Below, piece after piece: positions 35,796-49,344 of a DNA stretch of 64,000 bases. Made by a program: the position numbers and the translations under genes. The notes under the pieces are model-generated. The model worked only from the letters and a program-made list of their open reading frames with translations. It ran no database searches and was not told where the DNA came from. The first letter of the stretch is position 1; each line of letters begins with the position of its first letter. Source of the DNA: the human T2T-CHM13v2.0 reference genome, Homo sapiens; NCBI RefSeq assembly GCF_009914755.1, contig NC_060941.1; one strand, given 5' to 3'.

Positions 35796-36647
35796 CCTTC
35801 TAAGGTATTTGCCAATTCAGGAGGCTGCAGAAGTCCTGAAGACTGGCGCTGGATCACTTGTGATTGTGATGTCATTATTATTACCTCCTAATAGGAGGGG
35901 GCTACCTATAGTCACTCAGCCTGTAAGTGGCAGGGTGGACAGAGTTCAGGTCACTGAAAAGGCCCAATTGCCTCTAGAGGGATTGAACAGGAGGAGGGGC
36001 CATGAGGTGGGCCTGGGGAACAGTAGGAGGCTCACCATGCCCAGCCCTTTGGTGGAGAGCTTTCTGGGAGGACAAGTCCAGATCAGATGTAGTCCGGCTC
36101 AATGTGGAGCTGCCTGGTGGCATTGTGGCCCCTCCTATTTCCTCCTCCCTCCCTGCCCTGTGTGAGGGGCACCCATGGGCTCAGTGCTGTGGTATCTGAA
36201 GTGACGCAGAGCAGCGTGGAGGCCTGCTCCTTCCTGGGCACGCGGCACAGCCAGGGTGAGGCCCGAGGGGGAAAGGTGCATGACTCTGCAGTATGAGCAT
36301 GCCTCACTTCCACAGCTGCTGACCTGCTCGCTTGCTTGTTCTGCCTGAGGCTCAGCAGGGCTTGGGAGAAGCCAGTCAGCCATTTATGGAGAGGAAAGAG
36401 GCCTTTACTGGCAGCCTGGAGACCTGGGCTCCAGACCTGGATCTGTCACTTTTCAGTTGCTTGAACTTGGTGAAGCCGCTTTACCTGCGGTTTCAGTTTC
36501 CCCATCCCTGAAATGATGGGGTTGCTTGAGAGCCTCTCTCTTCAAAGTGTCTCAGGAACCAGTAGCAGCAGCATGGCCTGGGAGCTTGTTAGAAATGCGG
36601 AGTCTCAGGCCCCTCCCCAGACCTACTGAATCTGAATCTCTCTATAT

Positions 36648-37419
<772 letters not shown>

Positions 37420-38342
37420 CTAGGTGGCCCTCTCAGTTTCAGTTCTTAAATGTGGTTGCTGGGTGGTCAATGATAAATTCCAGGAAATCCTCCTCTGTGG
37501 GCCTCCCTTTTCTTCCTGCAGGCTAATCTAAAGACTAGTAAGTAATCAGCGGGGACTGCATTTAATTCACCCCTTACTCCTATTATCACAGATTTATTCT
37601 ATAGTCATTCTACCAAGCAACATGGCCTCTAATTGGGTCGAACAAATGCTCTATATGGAGAACCACCATATATGCATTTAACTTGCAGACTAACAGCCCA
37701 AGTGTGAGAGAGGACGATGTAAATAGTGTGGGAAATTCCCTAGAGTGAGTGTGACATGTAAGGTCGGAATCTGCTGCTCAGCCACTCTCAGCTCCTTCAG
37801 TCTCTCTTAGACGTGAACATGTGCTCTGGCCTAAGTGTGATCCTAGTTTTTTAAGATTTGCATATTTTAAACAATGTGGCTTCTACTAAGTGAGAGCCAA
37901 CGATTACATTTGGTACCCAGCCAAAGAAAACAGAAAATGATTCCACTTCTAGAATTAAAACAAAACAAAACAACTATGCTGGTCTCATTAAGAGAAGTCA
38001 TGTGGCCTCCAACACAATGTCTTCCCAAGGAATTTTTCAGAGTGATTTTGATTACATGCAACTTTTCCTTCCCTGTGAACTTTAGAACCCCAGGTAAGAG
38101 GCTCTGGCCCCTCACGGTGTACAGTCAGTTCAGACATAGAAAGAAACTTCCAACTGGGAAGATGAAGAGGATTACAAGTGAAGATGGTTGGGGGAGATTC
38201 TGAGTAGGAAAGAAATCTTTCTTCTTAATTCCAAATGCTCTTTTGTGATAGCTCCTCAGGTTTCTGAGTCCAGCCCAATTCAGAGATAGTAGACTGGTGG
38301 CAGAGCACAGAGATGCCAGAAGACTTCATGGTGTCAGGATAA

Positions 38343-38654
<312 letters not shown>

Positions 38655-38829
38655 TCCTTGCTCTGTCTTTATCACACCGTGTTCTACGTGTCCCTTCCCT
38701 GGAGGCACTGTACTGAGTGCAGAATTACAGGATTTGCACCAAGGCAGGTTAAACAAATGGGAAAAGGATATCCTAAAACTGGGAGAACTGTTATGAGATC
38801 ACAAAGACTCGCAAATCTGTCCTGTTACA

Positions 38830-39860
38830 TAAAAACAAAGGCCAAATCTCCTTCTTTATTTAGGTAACCACCTCATACCATGAAAGATCGGAGGCAGCTT
38901 ATAAGAGACACATACACTTTAAGGGTGAATTATAAATAAAAAGTACAAAATGAGACCAGGGGAAATATAAATTAGTGGGGCAGGTCGGGCTCCGGTGGGT
39001 GGCAAAGCAGAGAACATCTATCCAGTTAGCCTATGAGGCTTGACCCTCAGAGTTGCTGTCCTTGGGCTGGACTTGACCAGCTGTAACTTAAGATAAAACA
39101 GTCCCACCCTTAAGGTCATCAAATGAAAGACACAAGGACAGCATAGCAGAGGCCTAGCTGGCTTGTCAGAAAAATGCACGGGGGATTTCAGTTGGCTAAA
39201 AGCTCAATATGAGCCACTGCATGGCCAGGCTGTGCAAACGAGTGGGGCTCCATTAATAGTGCACGGTGTGGCCCCACTGAGGAGGAGAGAGTCCTCCCGC
39301 ACACAGCACTGGCTGTACGTTCACATTTGCAATCAACACACTGGAATATGTCACCATGTGCCAACTGGTCAGTGTCAAAGGGTAGATACAGTGAAACCCT
39401 CCAGGAGCTCACACAGTCTGTCCAAAGAGCCAGTGAGGAGAAATAGCAACAATCCTGCTTGATATGTGCTCGCAGGAGATCCCATTAGGACTTTGGTGCT
39501 TGTGGTTGGTTCTAATTGTTTTTCTAAAAGGACATTCACAAGAAGAACTACAGAGGATGAGACTTCTCTTTTGGTGTCTAAGCCCCCAGCAGGGCTCCTG
39601 ATAAAAACCTGCTAGCTACTCAGGCCCTTCATAAACAGCTGGCACAACAGCAGCGATGTCAGATCTGGTGCAGGGATGCTGGGCTTGTGATGGAGTCTGG
39701 AACCTGCCAGAAGCCTGGCATCACAGCCATTCTCGGACATCCTCGTGAGTACTTTGAAAGCCTCAGTATTGCAGCCTCTCGTTCCTCCTGGATGCTGTTA
39801 AAGGGTGTTCTGTAAAGGAAGGGCATCTCCTTGAATTGATTCTCCTCCATCAGATGGGAC
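38830..39860 (-). other. TMEM238L: TMEM238L exon 2 (terminal 3'UTR exon)
   Basis: Minus-strand acceptor ctgatccattttatcttcctttgttcaacacag|gtccc with branch-like CTGAT ~30 nt upstream. About 1 kb of repeat-free sequence ending at an AATAAA. Exact 3' end approximate. Confidence 0.75.
38855..38860 (-). terminator. Polyadenylation signal AATAAA of TMEM238L
   Basis: TTTATT on the plus strand. U-rich, UGUA-containing upstream element at ~38930-38950 and a U/GU-rich tract at 38827-38838 on the minus strand. Confidence 0.7.
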
Positions 39861-40777
39861 CTGTGTTGAACAAAGGAAGATAAAATGGATCAGCCCCCAA
39901 CCCAAATCCATCAATTTCAAGCCTGTGTGTGGTGAAACCAGCATAGTCTTTGGAGTTGCCAGACGTAGGTTTGAATCCTAGAGCAGCCTCTCCATGGCAC
40001 TGTTACCTTGGGCTAGCCCTGAAACCACATGAGACTCAGCTTCCTTTGCCTGGAAAATGGAAATTTGAATCCCGCACTCACAGAGTTGTAAGCACTGAAT
40101 GAGATCATGAAAATAAGTGATTGGCTTAATAAATATCAAGATTCTCATCAAATCTTAGTTTCCTCTCCTTACCCTTCCTTGCAGGCAAAGCCGATGCCTA
40201 CCTCTCTCTGCTCTCTGGATTCTGCCTCAACCTCCACCTTGGATGTGATCACAGGTTCATCTTCGTCTATCACGTCAGCATCCTCTTTTCCTCTCTGCTG
40301 ACTTTCTCTCCTCCACTTACCGTCTTGCTCAATGTTCTATATCCCTTCTCTAAGAATTCCCACCTTAGCACGGTTATGCCAGCAGGTGACTGCCCTACCC
40401 TCTTAATCTCATCACCAAATACTTTGAAGATGAATCTGCACTCACTCCTCACCCATCTTCAGCCACCCGATAAGTAGCATCATCTGATTTCTGTCTCCAC
40501 CATTTACTGAGAAAGGCACATTGCTGGGTCTGCCTAACTGCCTTTCCTTAGGCTTCAGCCTTTTTTTGATGGCTTTGAAGTGTTTGATGGTCAATTCCCC
40601 TCACTCTTGATAATTGTCCTTCTTTGTCCTCTTTGCCATTGGCATAACGTCTCTTCCTTATTATTACTGGGAACTTCCATTTGGGCTCTTCCATCTGCTT
40701 TCCTTTTCCCGTTCCCCACATGCAGGCATGGATCAAGGTTCTGACTTGGCTCCTATAGGAAACATACGTGACTAGGC

Positions 40778-40999
40778 CAGGGGCTGGCAAATGTTTTCTG
40801 TAAAGGGCCAGGTAGTAAATGTCATAGGCTCTGCAGGCCACATAGTCTCTGTTACCATTGCTCGACCCTGCCACTATAACATGAAACAGCCATAGATAAT
40901 ATGAGAGTGAACGAGCCAGCCTGTGTTCCAATAAAACACTATCTACAAGAACAGGAGGTGGGCCAGATTTGGCCCATAGGTTGTAGTTGCCTACCCCTG
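40778..40999. mobile_element. MER58A-like relic (TMEM238L intron)
   Basis: caggggctggcaaatgttttctgtaaagggccagg...gttgcctacccctg terminal inverted ends. Confidence 0.8.
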
Positions 41000-41239
41000 G
41001 TCTTATGGAAAGAGCATAAACCACAGGGTCAGATATACCTGGTTTTACAATCTGGCTCGATCACTGCCTAGTTCCATTATGCTGGGCAAGTTACTTAACC
41101 TCCATACACCTTATTATCGTTATCTGTAATAGAGAGGAATAATAATGATTATGATGATAATAATACTTTCCTCATGGCCTTCTTGATAGGGTGAAATGGG
41201 ATAATGTGCAACCCTAGGGCCTGGTTCAGTGAATCTTAG

Positions 41240-41345
41240 TGTTCTTTTCTCCTTTCTTCCTCCCCCCTTTCCTTCCCTCTCACCCTCCCTCCTTCCCTCC
41301 CTCCCTCCCTCCCTCCCTTCCTTCCTTCCTTCCTCACTCTCCCAA
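41240..41345. repeat. Polypyrimidine (CCCT/CCTT)n tract
   Basis: Visible low-complexity run. Confidence 0.9.
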
Positions 41346-42489
41346 TCCCTTTTCTCTCTACATCCTCACCCTCTGTAATCTCATCCACATGTCTCTAACC
41401 CCTAACCTCTCCCTCCACATCTGATCTTTCTTCTGAGTTTAAAATCTGCACATTCAATGCCAATTAGGTAGTTCTGCTCGTATACGATTTGCATATCAAA
41501 CTCTGCATGTTCAAAAGAAAATGAATCATTTTAAACAAACTCATGCCTTTTTCTGACCTCCCTCATTCCATGCCCCAGGGGCGCTTTCTGAAGGCTTTGA
41601 CAATGCCACCCCCGATCTGCTGTAGAACAGGACAGGCCGTTCTCCACTCATGCAGTCTCTGCTCTTCTCCCCTCCCCTCCGTGGCCATCATTTCAGCTTG
41701 AACCCTTTTATTACCTGCCACCTGAGCTTGCTGAATGGGCTTGCTGTCTCTCTGCTGCTTCTCTCTCATCCATTCTGCACACGATGCTCAGTTACTCTTC
41801 TACAGGCAAAGCTTGATCATGTTGCTCTCTAGTATCTAACACCACTGAAGACTCCTCCCTCCTCTCCTAGTGTCAGACTCCTCACCTGGTGTTCAAAGTC
41901 CTGCACAGCCGGCACTGAAGACTCCAACCCCCAGGCAAATGTGCCTGCTTAGCTTTTCCTAGACACCCTAATTCTTTCATTTCTGCAGTCCTTCCTTTTG
42001 CCTGGACTGCCCCCTACCCACCACCCACGGCTGCTGTCCCTGTGCCATCTCTACTTGTCACATTCTTACCTGTTCCTTAGCAGCCCAGCCAGAACCACAC
42101 ACAGCACGCTTCCCCCAGCCAGGAGGTTCTGTGCCTCCTCTCAGCTTTCAGAGCCCTGGCAAGACTGTGCTTATCTCCTGCAATGCATTTTCCCTTGGAA
42201 ACTTTGTGAAGTATCGTGCACATGCTTTATCTCTCCCCTTAGATTAAAAATCCCTGGAGAGATTAGAGAAATGTTTGCTCCTCCACACAGCCCTGGCACC
42301 ATGTCTGCATGGGGCACAGATTCATTGAGCAGGAGAGGAGGGCTTTTTACCAGGCTCACCTTTGAGCTGACTTGGCAGCTCCACTGGCCTCCTCTGTGGG
42401 CAGAGGGGAGAGGCTGCCTGTTGGAAAAAGTCGAAGTGGAGGAACAAGTTTCATTTTCCAAGGCTCAAGGCTGTTAGCCTTTTGGCTTT

Positions 42490-42725
42490 GGTTGGTGTGA
42501 GAGTGGGTGTGTTTGTTTCTGTGAGTGTGTGTTTCTGGGTGTGTGTTTGGTAGGTGTGAGTGTGTGGTGGGTGTGTTTGTTTCTGTGAGTGTGTGTTTCT
42601 GGATGTGTGTGGTAGGTGTGAGTGTGTGGGGGGCGTGTTTGTGTGTGCATGAACACGTGGAGTAGAAGAGGGATGTGTGTGTACGTGTGTGGGGTGTTGG
42701 TGTGTGTGTATTGTTTGGGTGTGTA
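42490..42725. repeat. Complex TG-rich repeat with an internal ~65-bp duplication
   Basis: gtgggtgtgtttgtttctgtgagtgtgtgtttctgg occurs twice. Confidence 0.9.
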
Positions 42726-43100
42726 GTCTTGGACACCCTATTAAAAAAGGACAAGAGTCTTCATCTGACTTTGCTTGGGGACTTATCTTTATCTGCAGGA
42801 AATAACCAAGAAGTGGAAAATGGAGCAAAAAAAAAAATCTGAAAATACAGTGACCAGGTGATAAAATCAAACGGCAGCTTGTCTCTCTTGGAGCACAGTT
42901 GATCTATAAAAATCAGCCACTCGCCCTGAAACTTCCTGGGGGTGCCTTTGAGGTTTAGCAGCCACCCTGCCCTCTCTCTGGAGAACCACGCAGGCTGTGG
43001 GCAGAAGGCTTGTGGGGCAGCCAGGCCCCTGCCTTGTCCTGACCGAGCATGGGACCTCCTCATCTCTGGGGCAGGGTGGGGGCAGGTCCTATCAAACTCA

Positions 43101-43405
<305 letters not shown>

Positions 43406-43714
43406 TCAACCTCATCTTACAGAGCCTCTGAAGGCTGAGCTAGGAATGTTGGCATCAGCTCTGAATGCAGGGAGCCCACATTCTTTCCTTTTACCCCGCT
43501 CTGAGAATGAGAGAGCTGGCAAAGCCAGTTACAATCTGCCCGTAAATCGTGAATGTGTCTGGAATTGACATATAGGCCAAAGGTCGTAGGCTGTAGGGGA
43601 AGTGAGACGAGCTGCTTTTCAAATATTTTTTGGCATCAGAAACTTGTGTTCATGTAAAGTCTTACGTGCCAGTTTAATGTGCAAAGCTGCTGAGAGCTCC
43701 ACTGTTCTGGGTGA

Positions 43715-44138
<424 letters not shown>

Positions 44139-44671
44139 CGGAAACCACATCTTTAACTCTAAAGGGAAGTAAAATGATTCGCCCAAGGCCATGGGGTGGA
44201 GGAGGGTTGGGCAGCCCCATAAGTGAGCAACGTCCTGAACAGCAGGACTCAGCACACACGAATCTGTCACTCTGGGCCATCCCTGAAATGTGTCAGGGGA
44301 TGGAGATGCAGTAAAGAATACAATAAAGAACATATTAAAACTTCTAAAGTTTCTTTGAACCAGGACAAAACTCTAGCATTCTGGAGCAGCATTCAGTCTC
44401 ATATCTACTGAAAAATCCTAATGTTGTACATTGCCATTAGAACTGATCGTAATGCGTCAGGGCCTCACCCTCTGTAATGTGCTGGCTACCTGCATCGTGA
44501 CTGACGCTTTATTTAGTCATCACTTGCATAGTGCTGAACAAATATTAATCCACCTAATCTGGGCAACATCTTTATGACGTAGTGGCTATTATTAGCACCA
44601 TCTCCATTTTACATATTTGGAGTAATGGGGCACGGAGAGGTGAAGTAACTTGCCCCAAGTCACGTTGCTAG

Positions 44672-45245
<574 letters not shown>

Positions 45246-45691
45246 CTCAGTGGATTCTTATTGTTCTTCAAGTAATGACCAAAATCCTTCAGAGGGCCCT
45301 CGAGGCCCTGCCAGATCTGGCCTCTGTCTACCACAGAGCCCTAACCCTCACCGACATTTGCTCTCTGCCCTTCAATCTCCCTGTCGTCTTTTATTTCCTG
45401 TTATCCCAGGACCTTTGCCCAAGCCATTGCCTCTCCCTGAAAGACTTTCCATTCACCTCCCACTCTTCCTTTGGCATTCAGCCTAATATCACCTCCTCCA
45501 GGAAGCTTTCCCTGACTCCATCTTCTGAGTCAGTTTCTCTATTGAATATTCTTGTGGCAGGATGCTCCTCTCCTTCCTAGAGCAGACCTGACTTTGTTAT
45601 TGTACTTTTGTAAGTGTGAATCTTTGGTGAGTGTCTGTCTTTCTCACCTGATGGTAAACTCCCTGAGAGTAGAGCCCCCACGTCATGTGTC

Positions 45692-45991
45692 TTTTTTTTT
45701 TTTTAATTGAGACAGGTCTCACTCTGCCGCCCAGGTTGGAATGCAGTGGTGCAATCTCTGCTCACTGCAGCCTGTGCCTCCTGGGCTCCAGCAATCCTTC
45801 TGCCTCAACCTCCTGAATAGCTGGGATTACAGGTGTGCATCACCATGCGTGGCTAATTTTTTGTATTTTTGGTGGAGATGGGGTTTCACCATGTTGCCAA
45901 GGCTGGTCTTGAACTCCTGACCTCAAGTGATCTGCCCGCCTCGGCCTCCCAAAGTGCTGGGATTACAGGCATGAGTCACTGTGCCTGGTCC
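45692..45991 (-). mobile_element. Alu (intronic)
   Basis: Antisense Alu, TSD catgtgtct. Confidence 0.9.
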
Positions 45992-47513
45992 ATGTGTCTC
46001 ATTTCTTATCCCCAGTGTCTTGCACAGTGCCTGACACATTCCAACATACCAGCACACAAATCAGGGACCCTTTTTGCTCTGAAGTTTCCTGATGCAAAGT
46101 GTGAGTTGACCCCCATCACTACCAATTTGAGAGACACCAAGGTACTTCACATTTGGACTTTGGGTCAGTTAACTCATCCCAGATTATGTGTTTTGTATGC
46201 TTGACATCTGGTGTAAGAACCACATCAATTGTACAGCCTTTCCCTGCCTTATCTCTTTTCGATCCTTGCAGCAATAAGGGCCAGAAATATTCTCTTCATC
46301 TTACAGATGAGAATCCTGAGGCTCAGAGTGTGCAACCTGGCCAAAAACACCCAGCTAACAAGTGCTGAAGATCAGAGTGGGACTGACTTCTCATCTCTTT
46401 CTACATCATTTCCTAGGTATGGGCTTACCTTACTCTACTGAGACCTCTTCATTTTGCTTCTCTTTTCTCTGAGTTCTGAGAGTCAGGTGTAATCCCCCAC
46501 AAAAGACACAATTATTATTTCCTTCTTTCAACTCAGCAACGACCTTTGCTCTTACTTCTGGTAAGGGAGTAAGAAACGGGAGTGCCTGGATACACCTGCG
46601 TGCAGGTTGGGCCCACCTGGGGAGGAGGGTATGGCTGCCCAATGGACCGTGGCTCTGACTTCAGTCCCCTGGAGACAGCTGTCCATCTCTAATTCAGGGT
46701 TGTAAGGACCAGACCACTCTATCTCTGGGACTCTGTCTTGATGTGAAAAAATCTTACAACTCTCTGCCTCTTTGGTTGCACGCGATAGACTGAGCTGTGA
46801 CATGCAACTCAGCGGATGAAATCCATGAAGCCAAACTGTCTTGACTTCTGGGCCTTGGAGACTGGCTGGGCACATGTGTTGGCTGCGTGTGAGTGTGAGT
46901 GAGGGTGGGGTGGGAATACTGCAGAGAGAGGAGGTGTGTGCACTGAGTGGGCATGGAGGCGAGTAGTCCCTACCCCGCTTCTTGTATCCCATCTGGGCAG
47001 GTGCAGGGAGGAAGTGAACGAGAGGGGCCGTTCTGGGTGGTTCTGCTCTGTTTGCTTTTACCGTGGCCCAGTTCACACCCCTTCATGTATGCAAGGGCAC
47101 AAGAGTCATTGGGGAACTTTCCGTCCTCTCCTGTGCTAAAGACTTTTCTCCCCAGCAGAGATTCTTCCCAACAGAGAATGCAGATGGGGTCTTTTTGTCC
47201 CCAAGTTCCGAGGTAAAGGGATAACTTCCCATTGTGCCCAGAAGCCAGGATCATTCGTGGTATATCAGGGGTGGAAGGGGCTGTTGAGACTCTCTTTCCA
47301 GCCTCTGCGAGGAAAAGGGCCCGGAGGAGAAAACACCTGCCCCACGTCCTCTTGGCTGGCCACCCCAGCAGGACCTGAGGCCAGGGCCACAGGATCCCCA
47401 GTCAGGGTGCAGTGTCTGGCTATTTGCTTATGCAGCCTCAGGAGGCCTGGTCTTGCCCCTGCTTGTCCAAGCCTCTCTGGCCACCCTGCCAGGTAGGTCT
47501 TGTGTGCACTCAC

Positions 47514-48005
47514 CTGGTCCCGGCGTGGCTTGCTAGGTGGAAGCTGCAACGTGTTGCTGCCCAAGAGCCCCAGGTTCACAGACATGTCTGCATACAGCAC
47601 CTGCGTCTCTTCTCCTCTTCCCATGGCCAAATTACAGGTCCAGTTTTTCAGGAGACACCTCAATGTTGAGGGAATACCAGATGATCCAGAGCAGTAGGCT
47701 GAGAGCCAGGATCAGGGCACCTGTGTAGATGAAGAAGTCCCAGGAACTCAGGGGGGCCAAGATCCCCAGCAGCAAAAGGACCAGGCCGACCGCGTCCAGC
47801 AGGAGGGCGAGGATGAGGAAGAGCGCACAGCACCCTGGATGGCATCTTCCCCACAGACTCCCCAGGAGCATTGCCTAGGAGGAGCGGGAGGAGCCCAGCT
47901 GCACTCCCGGGGGTGATTTGCATGGGAGGGTGGCGGTCCTGCCTGCTGCTGCCTTCTCTGCCTGCTGGGTGTGAGCAAATGAGCGAGCTGGCGCTTCTTG
48001 GAGCC
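47514..48005 (-). other. TMEM238L: TMEM238L exon 1 (5'UTR, whole CDS, 118 nt of 3'UTR)
   Basis: Consensus donor CAG|GTGAGT on the minus strand with the intron starting at 47513. 5' end inferred ~25-30 nt downstream of a TATA-like CATAAAG. Confidence 0.8.
47632..47871 (-). CDS. TMEM238L: Transmembrane protein 238-like / FORCP microprotein (79 aa, two TM helices; transcript formerly LINC00675)
   Basis: Uninterrupted 79-codon ORF in non-repeat sequence, start context gcaATGc (G at -3). Two hydrophobic segments (~aa16-39, ~46-68). Motifs [20 protein letters not shown] and [12 protein letters not shown] match the TMEM238 family as I recall it. Flanked by coherent promoter, splice and polyA signals. 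Confidence 0.95.
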   Translation of the reverse strand: MLLGSLWGRCHPGCCALFLILALLLDAVGLVLLLLGILAPLSSWDFFIYTGALILALSLLLWIIWYSLNIEVSPEKLDL

Positions 48006-48700
48006 ACAGGGAAGTACACGTGGGTCTACCTTTATGAGCACGGCAGCCAGTGGGGCAGGATATTTCTTAACTGTTTCATGGCTCAGGAATGATCTGGACC
48101 CAAACAGTCTGACATCACTGTTAATTGGGCTGCTCATCGCTGGGACCTACAATCCATGTGGCAGAGGAGTCAGGGTGCCCTTGGATGCATCTGCCAAGTT
48201 GGCGGTCCTGTGATTCTGGGGGAGGGGCTGATCTGTGCCTTGTTCTCTAATCCCTGGAAGCCAGAGAGCCTGAGTGCCCTGTTTCTGAGACACAGCTGCT
48301 TCATCTAGTATAGCGGGGTGGAGTGGTGGAGTTTCCATTCCTCTTCACCTCCCTGCCCTACTCTCTTCCTTGGGGGAAAAGGTTTTATGTAAAGGACATA
48401 GACAAGAGTTTGTAAGATCAATCGATTTTGAAGCGTTGCTGTAAGAATTGGTCCATGTTAGCAAGAGAAGTTTTGCCTTCTTGTAGAGCCCTCACTCTGC
48501 AGACGGAAGGATCTGAGTTCCCTAGGATAATGGACAGTAAGGATAAGGGCGGGAAAGGGGTAGAGATGGAAAAGACAGAGGGGACAGAGAGAAGACAACA
48601 GGGTGAGAAGAAACTTCTGGCCTCTTCCTGCAGTGGATTCTGTGTGGACCAAAGGGCAATTCCCAGGCAAAAGTCAAGGGATGTTTCCGGGGCCTGTTGC
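48005..48700 (-). promoter_or_regulatory. TMEM238L proximal promoter (non-CpG-island, TATA-like)
   Basis: CATAAAG at 48030-48036, E-box CACGTG at 48017-48022, ONECUT/CUX-like AATCGAT at ~48420, HNF4-like GGACCAAAGGGCA at 48646-48658. Motif matches only. Confidence 0.55.
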
Positions 48701-49030
48701 CTCTGTGTTTTCTACATGAACTCATTTTATGTTCATTTTCTTTCTCATAATAGATGACCCTGTAAGCCCTTCCAGACACTGCCTGCATCCCTTCTACATT
48801 GATGGGAGCGATCTTATCCCCGTGGCCGCTCACGGCGGGTGTGGGGGTGAACATCAAATGAGGAAAATGCAGCGGCAGTCCTTGGCAGGGCTGCAGACAG
48901 CCACCCCTCTGTCCCTGATTCACAGGGAGGCTAGAACAGGGCACCAAACCTTTCTGGGCCTCAGTTTACCCAGATAAATGAAGAAAATAATTTCCACTCT
49001 CACTTTTGCCTTCCCCAGAGGGTGAGAATA

Positions 49031-49344
<314 letters not shown>

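Noticed and set aside
47514-47631. Stop-codon readthrough extension of TMEM238L across the junction
   Set aside because: TAA-T is a poor readthrough context and an in-frame TAG follows before the donor.
47265-47663. 132-aa unspliced ORF
   Set aside because: Non-ATG start and reads through the donor into the intron. Only the ATG-initiated spliced form is kept as a finding.
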